This document shows, piece by piece, positions 19,834 through 30,158 of a DNA stretch of 64,000 bases. The translations under genes were made by a program, and so were the position numbers. The DNA is from Candidatus Latescibacterota bacterium (GTDB lineage: Bacteria > Latescibacterota > CBDEFO01). A model generated the notes under the pieces. It worked only from the letters and a program-made list of their open reading frames with translations, made no database searches and was not told the DNA's origin. The stretch covers positions 3,104,001 to 3,168,000 of the forward strand of contig OZ252149.1 of the NCBI GenBank assembly GCA_965248755.1, given 5' to 3'. Each line of letters begins with the position of its first letter. Position 1 is the stretch's first letter.

Positions 19834-22800
19834 CTATCTCATCAAGATCAGTTTTCTTGTCCGAGCAAATCTATCTGCCTTCAGCCGATACAGATATACT
19901 CCACTGGCAAGACTCCTTGCACTATCATCTTTACCGTCCCAGACCACAGAGTAACTGCCTCCGTCCATCTCCTCATCAACCAATGTCGCAACTTTCTGTC
20001 CCACTACGTTAAAGACAGATATGGTAATGTGGCTTCCAACAGGAAGGTCGTAACGGATCACCGTCTGGGGATTGAACGGATTGGGATAATTCTGCTCCAG
20101 CGCGTATTCCTTCGGCACATACCGGACCCTTACAGCCCCTAATTCCTGCTCCTGCTCCTCGTTGACCGACCCTACACCGCGAAGTGTCACCTCTGACTCC
20201 CGTTCGCTCATCAGCAACCTGAGCGTAGCTAAGCGTGCGTCCGAAATAGGTGTAACACCCGCCATCGCCACTTTCAGTTCGCCGTCGGAGACACTATACA
20301 ACATCTGCCAGTCCTCCGGAAGATTCGAAACCACATCTTCTACGTGTGCAAAGCTCGTGTCAATCTGTATGGTGAACTGTGCGGAAATCACATCTCCCAT
20401 GTTGTCCTCCCAGACGAGCGGAAGCTCCACGTGTCCGGGTGTATCTCCCGACTGAGTTTCCGACCAGGCAAGTGTGCCTGCAACGGGTGCCCGCTTAGCT
20501 AACACTCCGCAGTCCGGGTCAGCTGGGAAGCAGGGGATAGCATCTACGACGTAGCGCAGGACTAAGGCGGCATCAAATGCCCCGACCGTGCCGTTGCCGG
20601 AGACATCCGCAACGCGAGCAGAAGTACCCGTAAGTGTGATAAGTCCCACCGTATGCTGAAGGATCAACACAGCATCGAAGGAGGTGACCTCTCCGTTGTC
20701 TGACACATCACCAAGCAGGGGTGGCCTGTCCAGTGTAAAGTTCCCATCTCCATTGGTCGGCCCGGTGGTCAGGATGCTATCTGAGGCGACTACCGACCAC
20801 GTCACAGGGAGCTGCACCTTGGGCAAGCCGAAGGGCTTAAAATCGAGCACTAATGTGGTGTCTTCCACTACAAAGCTTGTGTCTATTTGATCGACAACGA
20901 TGGTGAGCGTATACGCCAGACTGTCTCCGTCTATGTCGGGCGCCTCCGTCCAGAGGAAGAGGACTGAATCGCGCGGAACAAGACTACTATCCGGTGGAGA
21001 CAACCGCAGAAAGTTCCCTGGAGCGTCGTTAGTCGGGGTTACCGTCACTACCACTGTCGCGGTGTCGGTCAAGGCGGTATCTATAACCACGTATTTGAAC
21101 GTGTCTGTACCGTTGAAATCTGTCTTGGGAGTGTAGGTCACCGTGCTGTCGCCAGGGTCGATGACGACCGTTCCGACAGTGCCTGTAGTATCTAGCGATT
21201 GCACCGTTATCGTGTCCCCGTCAATGTCGAAATCGTTGACAAGCACTAAGATAGTAATTGTCGTATCCTCAGGCGTGGTGACGGTGTCGTTCACGGCAAC
21301 TGGCGGGTTGTTTATAAATTCTACGGTAAATGGATGAATGTGCTCCAGGCTGCTTAGGCCGTTTTCATCTGTAGCGTGGATATGCATATTGTAAGTGCTA
21401 TCAATCCCCAGGATCGATAGATCTGCCGTGAAATTGACCTCCACATCGGTGGCGGGTGCAAAATTTGAGTAGGTAAAACTCTGCGTCCTTGCGCTCGGTC
21501 TGCTGAAATAGTATTCAACAGCAGTGATATTTGGCGCAACATCTAGCCTCTTCTTCAAAAATGGACTGGTATACGACAAACTCCATTTGCTGCTGTCGTC
21601 CCGCGCCCGAACAAAAAGTACGTGAAGTCCATCGCCTGTGCCGCTCAAGTCAACCACAAAATCCTTCGTGATGTCAACTCCCGCCGTAATAGGAATATCC
21701 ACTCCTGCCCCAAACCCTGGGTCTGTGTCGATGTAATACTCCGCCTTTGTGACGTTCGGTTCAATATCGAGCCTCTTCTTCAAGAATGGACTGGTATAAG
21801 ATAAGCTCCATTTGCTGCTGTCATCCCGCGCCCGAACAAAAAGTACGTGAAGTCCGTCGCCTGTGCCGCTCAAGTCAACCACAAAATCCTTCGTGATGTC
21901 AACTCCCGCCGTAATAGGAATATCCACTCCCGCTCCAAACCCTGGGTCTGTGTCTATGTAATACTCCGCCTTTGTGACGTTCGGCTCAACATCGAGCCTC
22001 TTCTTCAAAAATGGACTCGTATAGGACAAACTCCAATTGCTACTGTCGTCTCCCGCCCGAACAAAAAGTACGTGAAGTCCGTCGCCTGTGCCGCTCAAGT
22101 CAACCACAAAATCCTTCGTGATGTCGACTCCTGCTGTAATAGGAATATCCACTCCCGCTCCAAACCCTGGATCTGTGTCTATGTAATACTCCGCCTTTGT
22201 GACGTTCGGCTCAACAGCGAGCCTCTTCTTCAAAAATGGACTGGTATAAGTTAAGCTCCATTTGCTGCTGTCGTCCCGCGCCCGAACAAAAAGTACGTGA
22301 AGTCCATCGCCTGTGCCGCTCAAGTCAACCACAAAATCCTTCGTGATGTTAACTCCCGCTGTAATAGGAATATCCACTCCCGCTCCAAACCCTGGGTCTG
22401 TGTCTATGTAATACTCGACCTTTGTGACGTTTGGAGCAATATCGAGCCTCTTCTTCAAAAATGGACTCGTATAAGTTAAGCTCCATTTGCTGCTGTCGTC
22501 CCTCGCACGTACAAAAAGTACGTGAAGTCCATCGCCTGTCCCGCTCAAGTCAACCACAAAATCCTTAGTAATGTCGATTCCTGCTGTAATAGGAATATCC
22601 ACTCCCGCTCCAAACCCTGGATCTGTGTCTATGTAATACTCCACCTTTGTGACGTTCGGAGCAACATCGAGCCTCTTCTTCAAAAATGGACTCGTATAAG
22701 TTAAGCTCCATTTGCTGCTGTCGTCCCTTGCTCGAACAAAAAGCACGTGAAGCCCGTCACTTATGTTCGAAATATCTACATTGAAGTTCAGATCCAGATC

Positions 22801-22938
22801 AGGGGCCGCCGTAATAGTGACCTGCGTTCCGTTTCCGAAGCCGGGGTCCGTGTCTATGTAATATTCCACCTGCACAATGTTTTGTGCATAAAGGGCCTGT
22901 GAACAGAGTAAAATGGCGAAAATTACTGCCGTTTTCAT
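19834..22938 (-). CDS. Secreted modular protein: six 75-aa EYYIDTDPGFG Ig-like repeats plus one diverged, cadherin-like Ig, dockerin, cohesin and FlgD-Ig/Por-type C-terminal domain
   Basis: Signal peptide, 225-bp tandem repeats, NNPPVAVND, GDVSDNGEVTSFDA duplicated dockerin loops and LEQNYPNPFNP...WDG...GVYLYRL. Confidence 0.85.
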   Translation of the reverse strand: MKTAVIFAILLCSQALYAQNIVQVEYYIDTDPGFGNGTQVTITAAPDLDLNFNVDISNISDGLHVLFVRARDDSSKWSLTYTSPFLKKRLDVAPNVTKVEYYIDTDPGFGAGVDIPITAGIDITKDFVVDLSGTGDGLHVLFVRARDDSSKWSLTYTSPFLKKRLDIAPNVTKVEYYIDTDPGFGAGVDIPITAGVNITKDFVVDLSGTGDGLHVLFVRARDDSSKWSLTYTSPFLKKRLAVEPNVTKAEYYIDTDPGFGAGVDIPITAGVDITKDFVVDLSGTGDGLHVLFVRAGDDSSNWSLSYTSPFLKKRLDVEPNVTKAEYYIDTDPGFGAGVDIPITAGVDITKDFVVDLSGTGDGLHVLFVRARDDSSKWSLSYTSPFLKKRLDIEPNVTKAEYYIDTDPGFGAGVDIPITAGVDITKDFVVDLSGTGDGLHVLFVRARDDSSKWSLSYTSPFLKKRLDVAPNITAVEYYFSRPSARTQSFTYSNFAPATDVEVNFTADLSILGIDSTYNMHIHATDENGLSSLEHIHPFTVEFINNPPVAVNDTVTTPEDTTITILVLVNDFDIDGDTITVQSLDTTGTVGTVVIDPGDSTVTYTPKTDFNGTDTFKYVVIDTALTDTATVVVTVTPTNDAPGNFLRLSPPDSSLVPRDSVLFLWTEAPDIDGDSLAYTLTIVVDQIDTSFVVEDTTLVLDFKPFGLPKVQLPVTWSVVASDSILTTGPTNGDGNFTLDRPPLLGDVSDNGEVTSFDAVLILQHTVGLITLTGTSARVADVSGNGTVGAFDAALVLRYVVDAIPCFPADPDCGVLAKRAPVAGTLAWSETQSGDTPGHVELPLVWEDNMGDVISAQFTIQIDTSFAHVEDVVSNLPEDWQMLYSVSDGELKVAMAGVTPISDARLATLRLLMSERESEVTLRGVGSVNEEQEQELGAVRVRYVPKEYALEQNYPNPFNPQTVIRYDLPVGSHITISVFNVVGQKVATLVDEEMDGGSYSVVWDGKDDSARSLASGVYLYRLKADRFARTRKLILMR
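21545..22880 (-). repeat. Coding tandem repeat, 225-bp unit, 6 copies
   Basis: Near-identical units, for example AGTCAACCACAAAATCCTT recurring every 225 bp; the first unit is more diverged. Confidence 0.9.
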
Positions 22939-23009
22939 GCTACGCTCCTCTTATGGGGAAAGTCAGCAGACAGGGGGCGGCGGAGGTGCCCCCTTGTCTA
23001 TTGTCACTA

Positions 23010-24044
23010 TTATTTATGCGATTTGACCTTCATTTGAACCGGAATGCCGACAGTGTTTGAGCCTGATGCTGGGGCGATGAAAAAGTAAATCGAAGGAATG
23101 ACAGGAATCCCGGAAAGGACATAAGGTTCAAGTCCACCAAACATTCCGATATCAACACCACCTAATCCGGCACCGATCGCGGGTGAGCCTGGTGCCAATT
23201 GCCATCGGCCGTCGGTGCTGCCAGTGCCCAGAAAAAAGGTAGTCATATCTACGTCATTTTGATTTCCTTTGGTTGAATCAAAGGATGTAAACTGTGTACT
23301 ATTCCCGATGTTATAAGATGCATTAACATTCAAACCGCTAAAGGCGCCTTCTCTCAATATGTTATTGTTAAAAGTCGTATTATATACTATCACGTCTCCC
23401 CGGATAACATTGTGCTCGACTACGAGAAATGAGTTGCTGCTTGCATTTATTGCGTCGGCGCCGATGTCTGCACTGGAAGCTTCTATATAATTATTATTGA
23501 TGAAAGCAGAGGTCACATTAGGATTTACCTGGATAGCGATGGCACCACTAGTATTATAGGTAGTTCGTATATAATTCTGTAAAATTAGTATATTGCTAGC
23601 GTTGTCGGCAATTAAGATAGTCGGATAACTGCTCCAGTTTACCCAGTTTACATAATTTCTCTCGATAGTAATATTACTTACGCCAGTTCCAACTGTTACG
23701 TTAACTACATCTAAACCAGTGATGAGTGAACTATCCGAACCTGCTAGGAATTGAATAATGCCAGCTCTGGCATTACCTAGATTTGCCTGTGTTTCCGGAT
23801 TGGAGCTCAGCAAGTAACCCGGTCCAAAGATGAATAGCGACTTTGTAGCCTCTAAATTACCATACCAATTTGGCGTTCCCGCAACATAGAGCGTATCACC
23901 GCTTGCCGCTCCGGTGTGAGCTGCTGATAAAGTTGTAAAATCCGCCTCGTTGCCAGGATTGTTATCGATCCTCCAAATTTTTGCGCTGGCAGACGTTGCA
24001 AGCATAGAGATCGCTATGATCGTGCAGAGAAACTTGGAAACCAT
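23010..24044 (-). CDS. Secreted right-handed parallel beta-helix protein (paralog 1)
   Basis: Signal peptide, GDTLYV, GPGY, Asn-ladder (I-x-NN) repeats, SPAIGAG and GMFGG. Confidence 0.75.
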   Translation of the reverse strand: MVSKFLCTIIAISMLATSASAKIWRIDNNPGNEADFTTLSAAHTGAASGDTLYVAGTPNWYGNLEATKSLFIFGPGYLLSSNPETQANLGNARAGIIQFLAGSDSSLITGLDVVNVTVGTGVSNITIERNYVNWVNWSSYPTILIADNASNILILQNYIRTTYNTSGAIAIQVNPNVTSAFINNNYIEASSADIGADAINASSNSFLVVEHNVIRGDVIVYNTTFNNNILREGAFSGLNVNASYNIGNSTQFTSFDSTKGNQNDVDMTTFFLGTGSTDGRWQLAPGSPAIGAGLGGVDIGMFGGLEPYVLSGIPVIPSIYFFIAPASGSNTVGIPVQMKVKSHK

Positions 24045-24276
24045 TGTCGAACCTCCTATAGTAGGGTCTGTTTCCCTCAGCAGAGGGAGGCAGGAGTTGA
24101 TGCTACTGTCTATGAAATTGCTTCCCCTCGACCCCCGATAGAGTCAATTGGGGGCGCTCGCAATGACAGTTTACGGGACTGGGAATGACGTTTCTTAACT
24201 TTGTCTTGGTCATTGGGAGGGGTGAAACCCCGACCCCGTCAGGAGTTGCGAAGCAGAACCAATCTCGCCTCTTTAC

Positions 24277-25287
24277 TTATCTGTTATGCGCTTTGATTTT
24301 CATTTGAACCGGAATGCCGACAGTGTTTGAGCCTGATCCAGGGGCTTGGAAAAAGTAAATGGCAGGAATAGCAGGTATCCCGGAAAGAACATAAGGATTG
24401 AGTCCGCCGAACATGCCCATATCGACACCGTTTGAGCCTGCGCCGATTGCCGGAGAACCTGTCTCCAACTGCCACCTGCCGTCGGTGCTCGTTGTGTCCA
24501 CAAAGACGGTCGCCATATCTACGTTGGATTGATTGGTCGCATCAAACGCTGCAAACTGTGTACCATTTCCCATGTTATTAAGCACAATGTTGGCCGAACC
24601 GGGAAAGGTGCCATCTCTCAATATGTTGTTGTCAAAGATTGCATTGCTTACTTTCACATTTCCGCGGATTACATTGTTCTCGATGATAAGATCCAACGCG
24701 GTGCTGCTTGCTTCGATTGCGTCGGTGCCATCTATGAAGTTGTTGGAGATGACAACGGTCAGGACAGAAGGGTCTATGTCGATTGCGTCTGCACCGGAAG
24801 AGGTGCTGGGATTCTGTATATAGTTCTCTATTATGAATAAACTCGAGACTCTGTCGTCTATAAAGATGACATCACCAGAAGTACTGCCAACTATTCTGTT
24901 TCTCTTGATAACAATGTCACTTGCGTCTGTGTTAAGCCTTAGAAAATCTATATCGAGGCCCGTAAGGAGCGACCCGCTCGCACTCGAGCTTAACGTAATA
25001 GTATTAGTTGAGGCGGCGAGAGGCTTCGCCTGCGTGTTTGGGTTCTGATCCAGAAAATATCCGGGTCCGATGATAACGAGCGTCCTGTTAACCGTGACAC
25101 TTCCATAGTTAAACCTGGAACCCACAACATAGAGCGTATCGCCGCTTGTGGCGCCGTTGTTGGCAGCTTGCAGGGTCCTGAAATCCGCCTCGTTAGTCGG
25201 ACTGCTATCGACCCGCCAAACCTTTGCAGTGGCGGACGTTGCAAGTATAATGATCGGAATGATCGTGCAGAGAAACTTGGAAACCAT
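24277..25287 (-). CDS. Secreted right-handed parallel beta-helix protein (paralog 2)
   Basis: Same motif set as paralog 1. Confidence 0.75.
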   Translation of the reverse strand: MVSKFLCTIIPIIILATSATAKVWRVDSSPTNEADFRTLQAANNGATSGDTLYVVGSRFNYGSVTVNRTLVIIGPGYFLDQNPNTQAKPLAASTNTITLSSSASGSLLTGLDIDFLRLNTDASDIVIKRNRIVGSTSGDVIFIDDRVSSLFIIENYIQNPSTSSGADAIDIDPSVLTVVISNNFIDGTDAIEASSTALDLIIENNVIRGNVKVSNAIFDNNILRDGTFPGSANIVLNNMGNGTQFAAFDATNQSNVDMATVFVDTTSTDGRWQLETGSPAIGAGSNGVDMGMFGGLNPYVLSGIPAIPAIYFFQAPGSGSNTVGIPVQMKIKAHNR

Positions 25288-25487
25288 GGTAGAAGCTCCT
25301 TGAGTAGAGTCTGTTCCCTCAGTAAAAGAGGAAGATAGCAGTGCGTGTGTCTACGAGATTGCTTCCCCCCGATAGATTTAATCGGGGGCGCTCGCAATGA
25401 CAGTTCAGGGGACTCGCAATGACGTTGCTAGTTTGTGTATTCAGTCATTCTGAGGGATGAAACCCCCAGGCAATCTGGCCTGTCTAC

Positions 25488-26510
25488 CTAATCTTGTGAT
25501 TTGACCTTCATTTGGATCGAGAGGCCGCTGGTGTTCGAGCCCGCTGGTGGAGATGCGAAAAAGTAAATGGCGGGAATAGTGGGGATACCGGAAAGGACAT
25601 AAGAATTTTCTCCTCCGAACATTCCAACATCCACACCTTGTGTGCCGGCGCCGATTGCGGGTGAACCTGTTTCCAACTGCCACCGGCCGTCGCTGCTCGT
25701 TGTATCCACAAAGACGGTCGCCATATCTACGTTCGATTGATTGGTCGCATCAAACGCCGCAAACTGTGTACCATTTGCGATGTTATTGAATACAGAGTTG
25801 AAAGAACCAGAGAAAGAATCATCTCTCAATATGTTATTGTGAAAGATCGAATTATACACTAACACTCTTCCGCGGATGACATTGTTCTTGACGTCAAGCA
25901 GAGCGCTGCTATGGGCTTCGATTGCATCGCCGGTAGTAGGAATATCTATGAAATTGTTAGCTATGAGAACACCCTGAACAGAAGAATTAACGTCGATTGC
26001 GTCGGCGGCGGTATTAGAGTTGGTATTCTGTATATAATTCTGCAGAATGGATGAATTCGAGGCACTGCTGTGTATCAAGAGGATATTTCCTGAAGTACTA
26101 TAGACTATTCTATTTCTCTTGATAGTAATATTCTTCACAGACACACCAATGGTTACCTCTCTTACTTCGAGACCTGTAAAGAGCGACCCGTTCGAACCCG
26201 AGTTGAAATTAATATTGTCACCTTTGGCAGAGACAGGTCTTGCCTGGGTATTTGGGTTTTGATCCAGAAAATATCCCGGTCCGAAGATAAAGAGCTTCTT
26301 GGTAAGCGTTAAACTGCCGTACCTAACTCCAGAACCCATGACATAGAGCGTATCACCGCTCTGCGCTCCGCTGTGAGCCGCTGATAAGGTTCTAAAATCT
26401 GCCTCGTTACTCGGATTGCTATCGACCCGCCAAATTGTGGCAGTGGCGGACGTGGTAAATGCGCAGATCGCTATGACCAAGATGATCATAAAGAATATCC
26501 TGGCAGCCAT
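25488..26510 (-). CDS. Secreted right-handed parallel beta-helix protein (paralog 3)
   Basis: Same motif set; shares a near-identical nucleotide block with paralog 2 (AAFDATNQSNVDMATVFVDTTS). Confidence 0.75.
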   Translation of the reverse strand: MAARIFFMIILVIAICAFTTSATATIWRVDSNPSNEADFRTLSAAHSGAQSGDTLYVMGSGVRYGSLTLTKKLFIFGPGYFLDQNPNTQARPVSAKGDNINFNSGSNGSLFTGLEVREVTIGVSVKNITIKRNRIVYSTSGNILLIHSSASNSSILQNYIQNTNSNTAADAIDVNSSVQGVLIANNFIDIPTTGDAIEAHSSALLDVKNNVIRGRVLVYNSIFHNNILRDDSFSGSFNSVFNNIANGTQFAAFDATNQSNVDMATVFVDTTSSDGRWQLETGSPAIGAGTQGVDVGMFGGENSYVLSGIPTIPAIYFFASPPAGSNTSGLSIQMKVKSQD

Positions 26511-26772
26511 TGTAAGACCTCCTTGAGTTTGAGATTACACCTTGCATTTTCGGAATTAGGAAGAATATACGTCAGAATGCAATTGTATAGCAACTGCTTC
26601 AGTGAAGATAAACAAACATTAGCGCTCATCCTGTGATGCGGATCACAAGATAAGGAAAAATGAAACAAATGTCAACAAAAACTTAATCGGCCAGATTCAT
26701 TCAGACAAAGAGACGAAGCCATTATAGACTGAGCTCCGGCTCTTCTGCACTGAGGTGGGAAAGTCTATTTCA

Positions 26773-27225
26773 TCACTCAGAGAAGGTTGACTTGATGCGG
26801 CCCCAGCTGTCATTACTAATTACTGGATTGGGAACCCAGATACTCTCATCAAATTCAGCCAGCAAGTAGTCAACCATTGCGTCTTTCCTGAAGTAGAACT
26901 CTGTGACACCGCTGTTCGTCCAATAGCCGTCGAAGCCCGCGGCCAGCGAATCGTCATCGTCTCGAACAGCAAGATTGGATGCATCCGGATTGTTGAAACT
27001 TCCTGCGGTTTCAATCAGATCTTCCTGTGTCACCCAGTACACGGAAGGAACGTTATCCCACTCGCTCAGGTTACTGTCTATGATGATATTATGGTACTTA
27101 CTGCTATTGACAGGAACTTGCGCAGCAACGAAGAGCTTGTGCAACCGCCGATGTGCCGAAGTCGTACCGGTGGTAGAGAGTACAAATGCCAGTGTCGCAA
27201 CTATCGCAAATACTGTCTTCATCAC
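26773..27225 (-). CDS. Small secreted protein, possibly internally deleted, with SWGRIK C-terminal motif
   Basis: Signal peptide, IDSNLSEW (DG-x-L-x-EW-like) motif and terminal SWGRIKSTF. Confidence 0.45.
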   Translation of the reverse strand: MMKTVFAIVATLAFVLSTTGTTSAHRRLHKLFVAAQVPVNSSKYHNIIIDSNLSEWDNVPSVYWVTQEDLIETAGSFNNPDASNLAVRDDDDSLAAGFDGYWTNSGVTEFYFRKDAMVDYLLAEFDESIWVPNPVISNDSWGRIKSTFSE

Positions 27226-27347
27226 GATGCTTTTGTTCAGGATGACTAATTGCAGAGAGTTTACAGTTCATATATTAATTGAGTTGTGCCATTAGAATTC
27301 CAGAGAAAGTTTGCTTTACTTCCTCTCCTGTGGCTATTACGGAAAGA

Positions 27348-30017
27348 TCAGGGAGTCAACGCCTCTATATTCTTCGTGAGTTTCTCTATACTGGTTCTGT
27401 ACTCGTCCCTTTTTGCCCTTTCCCTCTCCACGACCTCTTTGGGAGCTTTCTCGACGAAGGAATTATTCTCCAATTTCTTCTGCGAGCCTTGCAGAAGGCT
27501 GGTGAAGCGATTGATCTCCTTTTCGAGTCGGACTCTCTCCACATCCAGGTCGATTAGTCCGCCTAAAGGCACGAAGATGACAGTTCCCTCGGAAACCCCT
27601 GTGGCTGAAGCGGCAGGTATTGTTGCTCCATCCTCCAGAAAAAATACATGCTGTGCCGCCGTAAGTGATGCGATGTAGGATTTGTTACTTTCAAGTATCG
27701 AGCGACTATCCTGTGAATCCGGCACAAGGCCTACTTCAACTTTCGAGGAGGGGGGGACATTCATCTCAGCTCTTATATTCCGTGCGGACATCGTGACCCC
27801 CTGAATCTTACGCATCTTTCTTTCGGCATCTTCGTCGATAAGTTCATCGTCAGGCTCTGGCCATTCGCTGATCATAACAGTCTTGCAGTCTCCCCTTATA
27901 CCTTGAGGCAGCATCTGCCATATCTCCTCCGTGATAAAGGGCATAAAGGGATGTAAAAGCCGCATAGATGTCTCCAAAACTCTCGCCAGTATCCTCTGGG
28001 CTGAAGTTCTGGTGTCCGCATCATCGGAGTTATAAAGCCTCGGCTTGGATAGTTCGACGTACCAGTCGCAGTAATCGTGCCATATAAAGTCGTAGAGCGT
28101 TTGCGATGCTTCGTTGAATCTGAATCTTTCCAACGATGCGTTCACTTCCTTGATTGTTCTGTTGAGACGGCTCAGTATCCATCTGTCTGATAGTTCAGAT
28201 AGATCAGTCGGTGCACTCTCGGCGTCAAAGTCCTCAAGATTCATCGTGACAAACCGCGCGGCGTTCCATATCTTGTTTGTAAAGTTCCTGCCTATTTCGA
28301 CCTTGTCGTTGGAAAAGAAGATGTCCTGACCCTGCGCCTCCAAAAGGGTCACCGTAAACCTTAAAGCATCGGCTCCATACTCGGCGATAAGATCAGAAGG
28401 ATCGGGAGAATTGCCGAGTGATTTGCTCATCTTTCTGCCCTTTTCGTCCTTGATCAAGCCCGTGAAATAGACCTCATTGAAGGGACATTCCCCCCTAAAC
28501 TCGTAGCCCGCCATCACCATCCTTGCGACCCAGAAGAAGATGATGTCAGGGCCAGTAACGAGCGTGTCTGTAGGGTAGAAATAGTCAAGCTCCGGCGTCT
28601 CTTCTGGCCATCCCAACGTGGAAAACGGCCAAAGCCACGATGAAAACCAAGTGTCCAGGACGTCCTCGTCCTGTCTAAATGTGCCGTTTCCGCACTTGGA
28701 GCACTTTTCTGGTTCGGGGATCGAGACTACGAACTCATCGCATCCGTCGCAGTACCACACTGGGACCCTGTGTCCCCACCAAAGCTGGCGCGAGATGCAC
28801 CAATCCCGAATGTTTGAAAGCCAGTCCAGATATACCTTCGTCCAGCGTTGATGATATATCTTCAGTTTCCCTTCCCTAACAGCTTGAATGGCAGGTTTTG
28901 CCAACTCGTCCATCTTCACGAACCACTGCTCGGAAAGATATGGCTCGACCGTTGTGTCACACCTCTGGCAGTGGCCTATAGAATGAACATGATTTTCTAT
29001 CTTCGCTATCAGCCCACCCCTTTTCAGATCCTCAACTAAAGACTTCCGGCACTCGAATCTATCCATCCCACTGTATCTTTCTCCCGCATTTTCGTTCATA
29101 GTCCCGTCTTTGTTCATCACAAGCACCTGCGGGAGATTGTGCCTACGTCCGATGTCGAAGTCGTTGGGATCGTGAGCAGGCGTTACTTTGACCGCACCCG
29201 TTCCAAATTCGGGATCTACGAAGTCATCTGCCACCACCGGTAGCTCCCTGCCTACGGCAGGCAAAATCAGCGTCTTTCCGACTAGATCCTTATACCGTTC
29301 ATCTTTGGGATTGACAGCCACTGCCGTATCTCCCAACATGGTCTCTGGCCTCGTGGTGGCGACCGTCACGAATCTTTCATCTTCTCCCTTGACCGGATAC
29401 TTGATTGACCACAGATGTCCATTTTCCTCCTGATGTATAGATTCTTCGTCGGAAAGAGCTGTGTGGCACCTTGAACACCAGTTGATTATGTATTCTCCTT
29501 TATAGATAAATCCCCTTTCGTAGAGCCTGACAAACGCCTCCAGAACAGATCTGTAATGGTCTTCATCCATTGTGAATCGTTCTCTTGCCCAGTCGCAACT
29601 GCATCCAAGTCCCTTAAGCTGTCGGATGATCGCGCCACCGTATTTTTCATTCCACTTCCAGACGATCTCGAGGAACTTTTCCCTGCCGAGGTCGTATCGT
29701 GTTTTGCCTTCCTTTGCAAGTTCCTTTTCGACGACGTTTTGCGTGGCTATGCTGGCGTGATCGGTGCCTGGCATCCACAGTGTCTCGAACTCCTGCATCC
29801 TCCGTCTTCTAATGAGAACATCCTGGAGCGTGTTGTTGAGGACGTGCCCCATCGTAAGTATGCCCGTAATATTTGGAGGTGGGATAACTATCGTGTAGGG
29901 CTTCTTATCCCGATTCGGCTTTGCGTGGAAGAGTAAATTCTCTTCCCAGTAGCGATACCATCTTTCTTCGACTGTCTTGGGATTGTATACTTTCTTCATA
30001 GTTTTCTGTGCCATCAT
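27348..30017 (-). CDS. valS: Valyl-tRNA synthetase
   Basis: PPPNITG, TMGH (HIGH variant), TTRPET, DWCISRQLWWGH, KMSKS and C-terminal coiled coil. Confidence 0.98.
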   Translation of the reverse strand: MMAQKTMKKVYNPKTVEERWYRYWEENLLFHAKPNRDKKPYTIVIPPPNITGILTMGHVLNNTLQDVLIRRRRMQEFETLWMPGTDHASIATQNVVEKELAKEGKTRYDLGREKFLEIVWKWNEKYGGAIIRQLKGLGCSCDWARERFTMDEDHYRSVLEAFVRLYERGFIYKGEYIINWCSRCHTALSDEESIHQEENGHLWSIKYPVKGEDERFVTVATTRPETMLGDTAVAVNPKDERYKDLVGKTLILPAVGRELPVVADDFVDPEFGTGAVKVTPAHDPNDFDIGRRHNLPQVLVMNKDGTMNENAGERYSGMDRFECRKSLVEDLKRGGLIAKIENHVHSIGHCQRCDTTVEPYLSEQWFVKMDELAKPAIQAVREGKLKIYHQRWTKVYLDWLSNIRDWCISRQLWWGHRVPVWYCDGCDEFVVSIPEPEKCSKCGNGTFRQDEDVLDTWFSSWLWPFSTLGWPEETPELDYFYPTDTLVTGPDIIFFWVARMVMAGYEFRGECPFNEVYFTGLIKDEKGRKMSKSLGNSPDPSDLIAEYGADALRFTVTLLEAQGQDIFFSNDKVEIGRNFTNKIWNAARFVTMNLEDFDAESAPTDLSELSDRWILSRLNRTIKEVNASLERFRFNEASQTLYDFIWHDYCDWYVELSKPRLYNSDDADTRTSAQRILARVLETSMRLLHPFMPFITEEIWQMLPQGIRGDCKTVMISEWPEPDDELIDEDAERKMRKIQGVTMSARNIRAEMNVPPSSKVEVGLVPDSQDSRSILESNKSYIASLTAAQHVFFLEDGATIPAASATGVSEGTVIFVPLGGLIDLDVERVRLEKEINRFTSLLQGSQKKLENNSFVEKAPKEVVERERAKRDEYRTSIEKLTKNIEALTP

Positions 30018-30158
30018 TATCCCCTATAAGGAGTTAAAACACACTTTTCCGATCATACCACATATTGGACAAAGATACGCAGATAGCTGGCGAAAGTCAA
30101 GGAGAAGGAGGGGGTAAACAATAGACAGGGATGCCGGTTCCCCACATGCACTCCTTTC

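Noticed and set aside
21545..22880. Regular 225-bp repeats as a possible CRISPR or ncRNA array
   Set aside because: They are in-frame coding repeats with no unique spacers, and no cas genes are present.
29840..29870. ValS HIGH motif reading TMGH
   Set aside because: It is a single substitution in an otherwise intact enzyme, most likely a lineage variant.
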